Origin: Azolla caroliniana
Lineage: Eukaryota; Plantae; Polypodiophyta
Direction: 5' to 3'
Length of the DNA: 64,000 nt
NCBI GenBank assembly: GCA_043228905.1
Contig: JBHGNT010000008.1
Location: 19,096,001 to 19,160,000, forward strand
Of this stretch, positions 25,301 to 35,157 are shown piece by piece; within the stretch, counting starts at the first letter, position 1, and the number at the start of each line of letters is the position of its first letter. The translations under genes were made by a program, and so were the position numbers. Below the pieces are notes generated by a model. It searched no databases and had not been told where the DNA came from. It worked only from the letters and a program-made list of their open reading frames with translations.

Positions 25301-27902
25301 CAAGACACTCGCCGACTGGGAGTCGGAGAAGAAGATGAAGAGCTCCAAGTCGACCGGTGAGGATAAACTCTACGAGGAGCAGTCCCGACCGGCAAGGGAC
25401 CGGTTAGCACTCGAGGATCCAGCCGAAGACGGTGAAGAAACAGAACCGGCCGAAGAAGATGAAAATGATACCGGAACCGGCCCCGACCCCGAAATGGATT
25501 CGGATGAAGAAGAATCGGAAGAACCGGTTACCGAAGCTCCGGAACGGAGATACCCTCTAAGAGAGAGAAGGGCCCCCCGGAGATTTCCGGAACCAGAGCA
25601 CGTGCTGCTGACCGACGAGGGGGAGCCGGAGAGCTTTGAAGAAGCAAAGCTTGACACCCATAGCCGCAAGTGGTTAAGTGCCATGCAGGAGGAGATGGAT
25701 TCCCTGCATGAGAACCACACATATGAACTTGTGGAGTTGCCGAAAGGAAAGCGGGCACTTCGAAACAAGTGGGTGTTCAAGCTGAAACCGGGAGATGCCG
25801 GAAACCCCCCGAGATACAAAGCCAGGATCGTGGTGAAGGGGTTTCAGCAGAAGAAGGGCGTCGACTTCGACGAGATATTTGCCCCGGTAGTGAAGATGAC
25901 CTCCATCCGGACGGTGCTGAGCATAGCGGCAAGCATGGACCTCGAGGTAGAACAGATGGACGTGAAGACGGCATTCCTTCACGGTGACCTCGAAGAAGAG
26001 ATCTACATGCAGCAACCGGAAGGATTCGAGAAGGAAGGGAAGGAGCACCTGGTATGCCGGTTAAAGAAGAGCCTTTACGGACTGAAGCAGGCTCCCCGGC
26101 AATGGTACCGGAAGTTCGACTCCTTCATGACCGACGAAGGGTACCACAAAACGCAGTCCGATCACTGCGTGTTTGTGAAGAAGTTCGAAGGAGGAGACTT
26201 TCTAATACTCCTCCTGTACGTGGACGACATGTTGATCGTCGGACGGGACCAGGTCAAGATACGGATGCTGAAGAAGGCTCTTCACCGAACCTTCTCAATG
26301 AAGGACTTGGGTCCGGCGAGGCAAATACTAGGGATGCACATCATCCGGGACCGGAAGAAGAAGCAGTTGTGGCTGTCACAGGAGAAGTACGTAACAAAGG
26401 TGCTTCACCGGTTCAACATGTCGGAAGCAAGACCGGTCGGGTCAACTCTCCCGGGAAACTGCAAGTTGTCCAGCAAGCAAAGCCCCAAGACAAAGGCTGA
26501 GAAGGAGGACATGATGAAAGTACCATATGCCTCTGCCGTCGGAAGCTTAATGTACGCAATGGTGTGTACAAGACCGGACATAGGATATGCAGTTGGAGTG
26601 GTGACCCGGTACATGAGCAATCCCGGCAAAGAGCACTGGAACGCGGTCAAGTGGATACTCCGATACCTGAAGGGCACGGCAAACGTGTGCCTCCGATTCG
26701 GCTCCGGTAAGCCCGAACTCGACGGCTTCACCGATTCGGATATGTCGGCTGATGCAGATACCAGCCGGTCCACATCAGGGTATGTGATGACATATGCAGG
26801 GGGAGCTGTTTCGTGGCAATCGAGGCTGCAGAAGACGGTTGCGTTGTCAACCACGGAGGCGGAGTACATGGCGGCTGTTGAAGCCGGCAAGGAAATAATA
26901 TGGATGAAGGACTTCATTAGAGAGCTCGGTATCCGGCAGGAGGAGTACCGACTCTACTGCGACAGTCAGAGTGCCATCCACCTTGCGAAGAACGCGGCCT
27001 ATCACTCCCGGACGAAGCACATCCAGCGAAGATATCACTGGATCCGGGAAAGGATAGAAGACAAGGAGTTCGTGCTGACGAAGATCCACACGGACGAGAA
27101 CGGGTCGGATATGCTGACCAAGGTGCTCACACCCGACAAGCTGGAAGCATGCCGGAAGAGGATCGGATTGGAGAGACATCCCATGCCGAAGTGAAGGGGG
27201 AGTTTGTTGGGATTTCGGTCCCTCCGGATGGGATGTCCGGAGATGAATGACGGCAAGCCCGGTTGCGGTTACGGAACCGGAGGATGAAGAGTACCCGGCA
27301 TGAAGCCGGATGAAGAGAGCCCGGCTACGGAGCCGGATGATGAAGACCCCGGCTACGGAGCCGGATGATGAAGACCCCGGCTACGGAGCCGGATGACGAA
27401 GACCCCGGCTACGGAGCCGGATGACGAATGTACCCGGAGAGAGATCCGGATGCGGAGACATATTTGTGAATATGTTTTGCCAAGAGCCCTTGAGGCTATA
27501 TTTGTAAATAGCCCGAAAGTCATATGTGTATAAATATGACTTAGGGCAAACAGTTTAGATGTTGTTGCTCATTTTCTGTTTTCCACGAAGAGGGAGCGAA
27601 GTGAGAGCAGCCGAGGGAGAGAGAGAGAGAGAGAGACGAAGAGGTCGTTGCCTCTGTGTATTGCCGCCGCCTGTGGTGAAGACAGTGAGCTCAAGGTTGT
27701 TGCCTTGAAGCTTCACCATTGTACATTCCTGTTCATAGTGATAGTTGGAGTTTGAGGACTCCCGTGGTTTTTCCCACTTAGGGTTTTTCCACGTGAAATA
27801 TCCTGTGTACTACTCTCTCTATAGTCTTCGTGTGCTTTGTATTTACCTGTTTTCTGTGAGTTAATCCTATTCCTCGGTTGTGGCCGAGCACCGTTTTCAA
27901 CA
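22364..27902 (+). mobile_element. Intact, very young Ty1/Copia retrotransposon (Copia B, Tnt1/Tork-like)
   Basis: LTRs 22364-23089 and 27205-27902, identical by eye except for one 28-bp repeat unit; TSD GTTAA (22359-22363, 27903-27907); PBS TGGTATCAGAGC 23093-23104; PPT GAAGGGGGAG ~27193-27202. Confidence 0.97.
23121..27194 (+). CDS. Copia gag-pol polyprotein (uninterrupted)
   Basis: First ATG after the PBS is 23121. Zinc knuckle CFHCGKPGHFRKNC, protease WVVDSGAS, integrase HTDV/RADNGGEY/AERMN, RT LYVDD, RNase H SDMLTK. Confidence 0.97.
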   Translation: MEGGGSGPPGMMVLNSQNYADWKIKMEDLLIVRDLYEPIDNAEIPKGVIESEWKLLNRKAVATIRQYVDVSVLQHVANDTNAYEMWKKLSGLYERKNALNRTSLMRKIVNLKYRDGENMVEHVSTFMGFVNQLAAIKFPLEDAMQAIILMCTLPESWENLVVTLSTSCTEDNLSLQTVKTSILNEEARRRDKEPASDSKALLTESERGRQWNRSPQRREKSGTRSQSRGRPTCFHCGKPGHFRKNCRHYRKDNGAVDTDSKKSPERNGAYRGATDRRGPDRRGQDRKGTTALAASEEEIMLITEERELNLAGEEMTWVVDSGASFHLTPEKKYFSSYTAGEHGCVRMGNEGTCRIAGIGDVWLMTSTGCKMLLKDVRHVPEVRLNLISAGRLDDEGYTGSIRNGVMKFSKGSLIVARARKDNTLYLMNARLCPEELNVAADTAGELWHKRLCHMSEKGMKRLAEDNLIPVKHVHLEKCTDCLAGKQNRTSFHSRPPTRRSAPLELVHTDVCQVETKSHGGAQYFVTFIDDHSRKLWTAPLKTKDQVLSVFKELHARVERESGKKLKAIRADNGGEYRGQFAEYCRSKGIRLEFTVPKTPELNGLAERMNRTIMERVRSMLAHAKLPKGFWAEAMSTATYVINRSPSVPLDGDTPQRVWTGREVSYRHLKVFGCLAYVHVAKDRRGKLDPKTRPCIFLGYGDDEFGYRVWDPVDKKIFRSRDIIFMEDKTLADWESEKKMKSSKSTGEDKLYEEQSRPARDRLALEDPAEDGEETEPAEEDENDTGTGPDPEMDSDEEESEEPVTEAPERRYPLRERRAPRRFPEPEHVLLTDEGEPESFEEAKLDTHSRKWLSAMQEEMDSLHENHTYELVELPKGKRALRNKWVFKLKPGDAGNPPRYKARIVVKGFQQKKGVDFDEIFAPVVKMTSIRTVLSIAASMDLEVEQMDVKTAFLHGDLEEEIYMQQPEGFEKEGKEHLVCRLKKSLYGLKQAPRQWYRKFDSFMTDEGYHKTQSDHCVFVKKFEGGDFLILLLYVDDMLIVGRDQVKIRMLKKALHRTFSMKDLGPARQILGMHIIRDRKKKQLWLSQEKYVTKVLHRFNMSEARPVGSTLPGNCKLSSKQSPKTKAEKEDMMKVPYASAVGSLMYAMVCTRPDIGYAVGVVTRYMSNPGKEHWNAVKWILRYLKGTANVCLRFGSGKPELDGFTDSDMSADADTSRSTSGYVMTYAGGAVSWQSRLQKTVALSTTEAEYMAAVEAGKEIIWMKDFIRELGIRQEEYRLYCDSQSAIHLAKNAAYHSRTKHIQRRYHWIRERIEDKEFVLTKIHTDENGSDMLTKVLTPDKLEACRKRIGLERHPMPK

Positions 27903-30129
27903 GTTAATGCCATTGAATACATAACGGTTGGCTACTTCGATGAAATTAAAAAACAGAGAATCAAAGAGCATTCTAATGAAGTGGGAGGTTCAAATCTGTT
28001 GGTATATCCAGCAGTGACTCGAAAATTGCGACATGTCAGCACGACAGAACGGGGACTTGTCAACCCATACCAAAAACCTCAACGACTTATGATGCGCTTG
28101 ATCGAGATGTTTTCTGTCGAAGGAGACTGGATATTAGATCTCTTTTCTGGCACAGGTATTCCTCGAACTAGGGTAACGATCTTGAGATAACCAATCACTT
28201 TTTTTTCGTTTGACAACTAAATCTTCTTGTTACTTACATCATAGGAACTACGTCAGCATGTGCATTGAAGCTGTTTAGAAATACAGTTGCATTGGAGAAG
28301 GACGAGGACCAAGTTATATTTATTAATATGCGGATTAAGGCTTTGTGGGAGTGCCCAGACCAGGATGAGGAGGTCGGTGCAAAGAACCTCGCCAATACAG
28401 AAAGGTTTCAACCTGCTTCGCGAGAGCCTATTCCTCCGTTAGCCGGCGAACCGGGGGAGCTAATAGAGCTTGATGATGAGCTTATAGAAGATATTTCGTT
28501 GGCTCGGCTAACAGGGGAAACCAATGCACGTATATCCGAAGACAGTTCTACACAAGATGATGAAGAAAATGACGTTGATGAATTGATTGCTATGTAATAG
28601 ACTCTATAAAGAATATGACACTGAGGATTTGTTAAGATTTCACATTATTAATACAAATTTTGGGTTTTACCTAGTGGATTCTATTCTTTATAATCTTCTA
28701 TATGTTTCAATTTTATTTTTATATACTTGATTAGTAGATTTATGATATTGGTTTCACCGCGTGCATAACTGACTACCAAACTTATGGAGAAACATGAACT
28801 AGTTTAAATGGAGGCTGATTTTGGTCCAAGCTAACCTTAACAGAACATGGCCCTATAATTGTTGCCATGACTGTCCATGTTGTTATTATGGATCTTTGTC
28901 TTATATTGTTAAAACTATTATGTTTCTATTCCATTGCTGCTTAGATTGTGTAGTGTGTTGATAATGGTTCCAGTTGCGTTATCGTTCGGAGTTTGATCTT
29001 GTGTGAATCACCTAAGCAATAGAGTAGATCAATTTTAAATACAGGTATGAAAGCCTAATAGGTTTGTTATTTCCACGACATTATCCTAAAGTTCACTGCC
29101 TTACATTGTGCACAATTATATACACATATGGTTTGATCCCATATGAACAAACTGAGGAATAGATTAGATCAACTTTTAATACAAGTATTGAATACTTTAA
29201 TAAGTTAGTTATTCCAATCACTTATCCTAATGTGCACTATCCTACATTTTCCACAATTACATACATGCACGTATGGGTCAAAGTATAAATTATAACTCAT
29301 TTTATTAGTATGGATACAAGTACACCTGATATTTTTGTAAAACTTACCTAATTAATATAAGTCTTTAAGTTAGTGTTTCCCTTGTCGCACAGTAGTGACA
29401 TATTGAGCCATAGTTGAACTTTATTATGCCTACATTAACTTATCAATGTGTCTAAACTTGCATGATTTCTAATGATCTCCACTCGTAGATCTATCATGTA
29501 TTTTTATATTTGCAAATTCTCATCAAGTTGAGGAACATGTGATACTAGTGCATCCAATTTTTGTAGAGAGGGTGTATTTGCTTCGTTTTAAGAAGATTCT
29601 ACAAGTGGAATGCGCAATCCTTCCACTTGTGAACGCGAACGTGTTAAAACTTTTGTAATCCCAATCTTGGGATTGATTGTAATTTTCTTTTCTATTTATT
29701 AATAAAATTTGTCAATCTTTCTCATTTTCCATTTATTGTTTAATATAAACATTCTATTAATCTGATATCTTCTGGTCGGAGGCCCCGGGGTCCTGCCTCA
29801 AGTTCGCGTATCCTCGTCGTATTTTCGCGACACCGCGAGCACCACAGCTAGGAAGCTTCAGCTTTGACAGGAGTTGAGCAACCTACGATAACGCGATTTG
29901 TCGGTGGTTGACTATACCTCAAGGATTAAGGACATATGCGACTCCTTAGCTTCCATCGATGTGAACATCGAGGAAAGTGAGGTGGTCCAGGTTTGTCTCG
30001 GGGGTTTGGCGTCAAAGTTCGGTGCGTTCCGAATTGCTGTGTGTACCCGGGAGAATACGCCGTCCTTTTTCGAGTTACAGTCGATGCTCCTGGTAGAGGA
30101 GAACCACGTGGGTGCGTCAACGAGCACAC

Positions 30130-33100
30130 TGTCGTGAAGAATTTCGGCCAGAGGCGGAAACCGGGAAACATTGGCTACATCGGCGGGGTGCAGTGTGTGT
30201 ACGCACCCGTGTACATTTAGTGTGAATATCGAGGGCACCTTTATGGCGCCGAAGAGTAGTCAAGTCGGGACAGTCGATCCCATGCAAGTCGGGATTTGTC
30301 CCACATTGTAACGCACCCCTTTCCTTGTTCTATAAAAGGAAGGGAACACCCTTTGTGTAAGGGTTGCCCATTTTGCATTAGAGGGTATACCGTTAGGTTT
30401 AGAGTTAGGTTCTTCTTCTTCTTCTCCTTCTTTGTGTTATGCTTAGGGTTTGCTTTGGTTCGGCCTCCTATGCAAGACCCCGCTCGGCGCGACGAGCTGA
30501 GAGCTCCCCGACGGCGGCTTGATAGCATACGACTACTGTAACCTACCTCAGTCCAGCTTGACGCCGGGAATGTATTCTTCCCTTTATATGTATATATATA
30601 TACGTTTGTCTTTGTATATTCACGTCGTTGTTGGCGTCGGGTGCCTACCCTTTCCTGCGTTTTTTGTACATAAGGCGTGAGTCGGGTTGGGCTGTGTGTG
30701 TGTGTGTGTGCGCGTGTGTGCGTGAGTCAGTGTTAAGCACGCTCTCTCTCTCTCTCCCTTCGGTTGCTTCCGGTGTGCTTCTGGGATGCCCCGGAAACGG
30801 TGAAGTGCGACTTCCTACGCTCCGTCGCTCCCTAGTCCAAGACCCCCGCGGTCCCGCCTTTCCCCACGCACGCGCATAACAACGCGACATATTTGGTGAA
30901 CCCGACGTGAAAGGAGGCAAGGGAGGATGGAGTCGGAAGACGACGACCTTGGGGAGATGGTGGCCGAAGTGGTGTTGGAGTCGACACGAGTGGTGATGAG
31001 GCGAGAAGCAGCGCAACAAGCGGTTGAGCGAGTGGTCGAAAGAGTCAGTCGTTTCAACGGGGACAAAGTCCCATCTTACTTGGAAGCCTACAACGCGGAA
31101 ATGGAGGAGCGTGGCATAGACGAGGCGTTGAGGCTGGAGTTCTTCTGTCGGGTTGTGGCTGTCCGGATGCATGCGGAAATAAAGGAGCTCCGTGAGGCTC
31201 ATAGTTCGTGGGAGGCCTTCAAAGAGGCGCTCCTGAAGGCATACAGAGGACGGCGGAAGAGCTGGGGACGACACGACTTTGACCAGTGGGTAGCATTGGC
31301 AAAGACCCACCGGGGCGCGACCAAGGCGTTCCGAGAGTTCGAGCGACGGCTTGCTCGGCTCCCGGAGCGGGAACAAGGTTTGGTGGGGGCAGACAAAGTC
31401 CTTTTGTTCGTCAGGTCGATCGACCGAGCGGAACGGGAAGCCATCGGGATTGAGCTCGAAGACGATGCTGGAGCGAATGGGCTTACGGAGGACTGGTCGA
31501 AGGTCGGAAGGGTGTGCCAACAACTAGATGATGAGCGAGCCGAGAAGGCTAAGAGGAAGGAACGCGACGGCGTGCCATCACAACGGGAAGAGGCCGAACG
31601 GCAAAGAGAGTTAGCAAGGGTCGGCGTTGGGGCCAGGATTGCGGAGGCGTACGCAGCTCTCGAGGCGATGATCGAGGAAGAGGAAAGACGGAGGCCGCAA
31701 GCCAAGACTAAGGAGACGGACTTGCCCCATGCGATGGCGGAAGATCGGTACCACGGGAGAGAGTGCGGAACAAATCACCCTCTCGACTTGCGGAGATAGA
31801 ACGGCCAAGGACGAGGCAAAGATACAGATCGCGGAACCGGATAGTTGGGACCAGCGGTTTCGGGCATGTCAGCCCGAGATCCCGGTCATTGGAGAAGCAA
31901 GCCCAGACGGGGCTTGCGCGATCGGTAAGAAGACGACCGCCGACCATGAAGAGTCGGTGGCTACGGACAAGGGCGTAAAACGAACGGGCGATTCTTTGTG
32001 TCTTCCCACACTTGCTCCCGAGACGATGGCAGTCGGGCCCGAGTGCCCACGTGAGTCCCAAGCGGAGGAAGGTGGCGGCGAAAGGCCAAGAATCACCGGC
32101 GAGACAATACGGGGAAGGAGCGGACGAAAGCCCACGGACCCGATTCCGGAGAACTCGGCATTCGGGCCCGTATGCTCATGTAAGACCGAGGAGATGGATG
32201 GCGGTACTGAGGAGTCCTGGCACGATGCCAGGGAAGATGGATGGGAAACGGCCTGTGAGGAGGCCGAGGACGGACGTGGCACGAGGAGATCCGCATTCCG
32301 ATACGGGTGGAGCGTAATCCGGTCGAGGATCGTTCGATCGGGGCCGGATTCGGCATGAAAGTGCCGATACGGAAGGGGGTGCAGGACGAGCCGCCCTCTT
32401 TTACATGGGGAGAAAGACCGATCGGGTGAAGGTCGAGATTTGGAAAGAGAATGAAAGCCAGTCGGATGGGAGATCGGTGGTGACAGGAGAACGAGACTCG
32501 GCAATCCGGAGAAGGACGAACGGACCCGGACGAGAACCGGGCGGAGCGGACTCCCGGATGACCATTCCGGGAGGGAGGAAGAGAGCAGGCCTACGAAGAG
32601 GCCGAGGACACGATACGTCGGTACCACGGGAGAGGGTGCGGAGTAAACCGCCCTCTCGGCATGCGGAAAAGGACGACCCGAGACAGGGTCGAGAAGCCAA
32701 AACAACGGGCCACAGAGGATCCTTCACACCGGTTCTAGAGACTTCGGCAGTCGGCAACGCGGTCGACGTAAGACCAAGATACTGAGGGTGGTGACGAGGT
32801 GACGAAGGCAAGGGCTACGAAAGGGCGGTCTACGGAGGATCCTTCACACCGGTTCTAGAGACTTCGGCAGTCGGCAACGCGGTCGACGTAAGACCAAGAT
32901 ACTGACGGTGGCGGCGAGGTGACGAAGGCAAGGGCTACGACAAGGAGGTATCAGGCCAGCGAGGCGGCCACGAACCAAATCGGACCTTCCGGCAAGGTCA
33001 GTGGGCGTAAGGAAGTCCGGTCCTACGGGATCCCCACACCGGTTCCGGAGACCCCGGCTGTTCAGCCAACGTGGCAACATAAGACCGAGGGAGAAGGAAG

Positions 33101-35157
33101 GTGGCGGCGGGAAACGGGACCCAACTACGCGGAAGACACGAGGAGAGTCCGGGAGGGACTCAAACAAACGACACCCGAATTTCGGCAAGCATAGAAATGG
33201 AGTCCGGTCCTATGGGACCCTCACACCGATCTGAAGACTCCGGCTGTTCGGCCAACGTGGCAATGTAAGACCGAGGGAGAAGGAAGGTGGCGGCAGGGAA
33301 CGGGACCCGACGACACGAGGTTTCGGAAGGAGCCGGTAGGGGCAAACACGGGGAGGTGTGTCAGGCCGGAAAGGCACACCTTGGACGGAATAAGAGTCTC
33401 GCAAGTGGCCATCGCGGGCCGGATCAAAGCGTGACAACGGGACAATGTTCGGCATGGGCGGTGCCGAACAAAGGAAGCGGAAGACGGCACAAGAGAGGTG
33501 CCGGGAACGAGGTGACAAGTGCCTAGTGGACTGCACAGGGTCAGAGCTAGGGGATGGCAAGAGAGGCCGGAGGAGGATCCTCCACACTCGCTTCGTAGAT
33601 CTCGGTAGCTCCGTCGAAGTAGCGAAGACTGACACGGCAAGCCCGGGGCGAGGGGACGATAGCAAGCAGAAGACTCAGGACCTATCGAGGCAGCACGAAG
33701 ACCGGAAGGGCCAAGCGGGCTATTACGTGGTGTTCCTCGGATGCAAAGGACGTCGGTATGCGGGTGAACGACGATGCATGATATGGCCAAAAAGGGGGCC
33801 GACAAGGCGTGCAATAAACCGGAGTGCAACATAGGCGGTGCCAAACAACGGGCGAGGGTACATGGCACACGGAGGTGCCGGAGCGGAAAGGCGAGCGCGG
33901 AGATAGGTTGCGCGGTTCGGAGGTATCGCGGAGAAGACCGGAAAGGGATCCCCACACCATTCCGGAGACCATGGCGGTTCGAGCCGACGCGGCGATGTAA
34001 GACCATGGAGAAGGAAGGTGGCGGCGAGAGGACGAGGGCAACGCGAAACGACAATGGGACGACAATCAGGACGACGCGAATGATCAACGGAGGCCAAGCG
34101 GGCCGCTACGGGCGTTCCTCAAACGGAGGACATCGGGCATATGGCGGGAAGCAGGGCGTTCATACGGCCGAACAAGGGCCAACGGAAGTATGCGTACTAC
34201 GGAGATCGCGGCAGAGGACCCATCGACGGGTCGGACGAGCCTACGGGGACGTAAGCGTGAAGGAAGAATCGAAGCCGACGGATCAAACCGGCAACGAGCC
34301 GGGATGCGGATCACGGAAGACCGGTTTCTCGCCGGCCGAAATCTCTCACCCTTCAACCAGATTTGGCACGTACCGGTGGACGTGCAGTTAGGTGGGGGCG
34401 GATGTCGTGAAGAATTTCGGCCAGAGGCAGAAACCGGGAAACATTGGCTACATCGGCAGGGTGCAACGTGTGTACGCACCCGTGTACATTTAGTGTGAAT
34501 ATCGAGGGTGCCTTTATGGCGCCGAAGAGTAGTCAAGTCGGGACAATCGATCCCATGCAATTCGGGATTTGTCCCACATTGTAACGCACCCCTTTCCTTG
34601 TTCTATAAAAGGAAGGGAACGCCCTTTGTGTAAGGGTTGCCCATTTTGTATTAGAGGGTATACCGTTAGGTTTAGAGTTAGGTTCTTCTTCTTCTTCTCC
34701 TTCTTCATGTTTTGCTTAGGGTTTGCTTTGGTTCGGCCTCCTGTGCAAGACCCCGCTCGGCTCGACAAGCTGAGAGCTCCTCGACAGCAGACGACTACTG
34801 TAACCTACCTCAGTCCGGCTCAACGCCGGGAATGTATTCTTCCCTTTATATGTATATATATATACGTTTGTCTGTGTATATTCGCGTCGTTGTTGGCGTC
34901 GAGTGCCTACCCTTTCCTGCGTTTTCTGTACATAAGGCGTGAGTCGGGTTGGGCTGTGTGTGAGTGTGTGCGTGTGTGCGTGCGTGAGTCGGTGTTAAGC
35001 ACGCTCTCTCTCTCTCTCTCTCTCCCTTCGGTTGCTTCCGGTGTGCTTCTGGGATGCCCCGGAAACGGTGAAGTGCGACTTCCTACGCTCCGTTGCTCCC
35101 TAGTCCAAGACCCCCGTGGTCCCGCCTTTCCCCTCGCACGCGCGTAACAACGCGACA
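30130..35157 (+). mobile_element. Non-autonomous gag-only Gypsy-derived LTR element
   Basis: LTRs 30130-30889 and 34403-35157 (TGTCGTG...CGCGACA); TSD ACAC/ACGC; PBS TGGTGAACCCGACGTGA 30894-30910; no PR/RT/RH/IN motifs recognised in the internal region. Confidence 0.88.
30927..31799 (+). CDS. Gag-like protein
   Basis: Homologous to the gag at 41160 (RFNGDKVPSYLEAY vs RFGGKDATSNLEAY; KVLLFVRSID vs RVLLFVKSVD; GLTEDW vs GLTTDW). Confidence 0.8.
   Translation: MESEDDDLGEMVAEVVLESTRVVMRREAAQQAVERVVERVSRFNGDKVPSYLEAYNAEMEERGIDEALRLEFFCRVVAVRMHAEIKELREAHSSWEAFKEALLKAYRGRRKSWGRHDFDQWVALAKTHRGATKAFREFERRLARLPEREQGLVGADKVLLFVRSIDRAEREAIGIELEDDAGANGLTEDWSKVGRVCQQLDDERAEKAKRKERDGVPSQREEAERQRELARVGVGARIAEAYAALEAMIEEEERRRPQAKTKETDLPHAMAEDRYHGRECGTNHPLDLRR

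Larger units (their letters stand above)
18885..28597 (+). pseudogene. ParB/Srx-like domain + beta-class N4-cytosine/N6-adenine DNA methyltransferase fusion (~974 aa, 6 exons), disabled
   Basis: Exons 18885-18919, 19828-21465, 21542-21680, 21764-22230, 22319-22363+27908-28155, 28245-28597; all GT-AG with matching phases, 2925 nt total. ParB-like PFIVMVD...YFVIGGSHSAEARRQL...AKMLAWDHN. MTase motifs in beta order: VVCGDVIDLI, LMIADIPYG (22025-22036), AWIKTN...EYI, NPYQKPQRLMMRLIEMFSVEGDWILDLFSGTGTTSACALKLFRNTVALEKD. Lesions: TAA at 21440-21442 and a Copia in exon 5. Confidence 0.85.
14935..29645. mobile_element. TIR DNA transposon, Sola1/DUF7869-like, ~9.2 kb net, carrying a ParB-like/DNA methyltransferase gene
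   Basis: 36-bp TIRs with 2 mismatches (14935-14970 AACATGTTCGCGTTCACAAGTGGAAGGATCGCGCAT; 29610-29645); probable 4-bp TSD AAAA (exact boundary ambiguous in the A run); contains a transposase-like gene and a divergent second gene. Confidence 0.85.
13751..29832 (+). mobile_element. Gypsy-family solo LTR (~1.37 kb reassembled) hosting the DNA transposon
   Basis: Starts TGTCGTG and ends CGCGACA like the other Gypsy LTRs in the window; 4-bp TSD CCGT/CCGC; removing it restores the Copia A gag frame; degenerate internal repeats at ~14070-14345 and ~14720-14890. Confidence 0.8.

Noticed and set aside
18885-28597. Bacterial or phage contamination as the source of the ParB-MTase
   Set aside because: The gene has five GT-AG introns and a TATA box, is interrupted by a plant Copia and is nested in plant LTR elements with TSDs.
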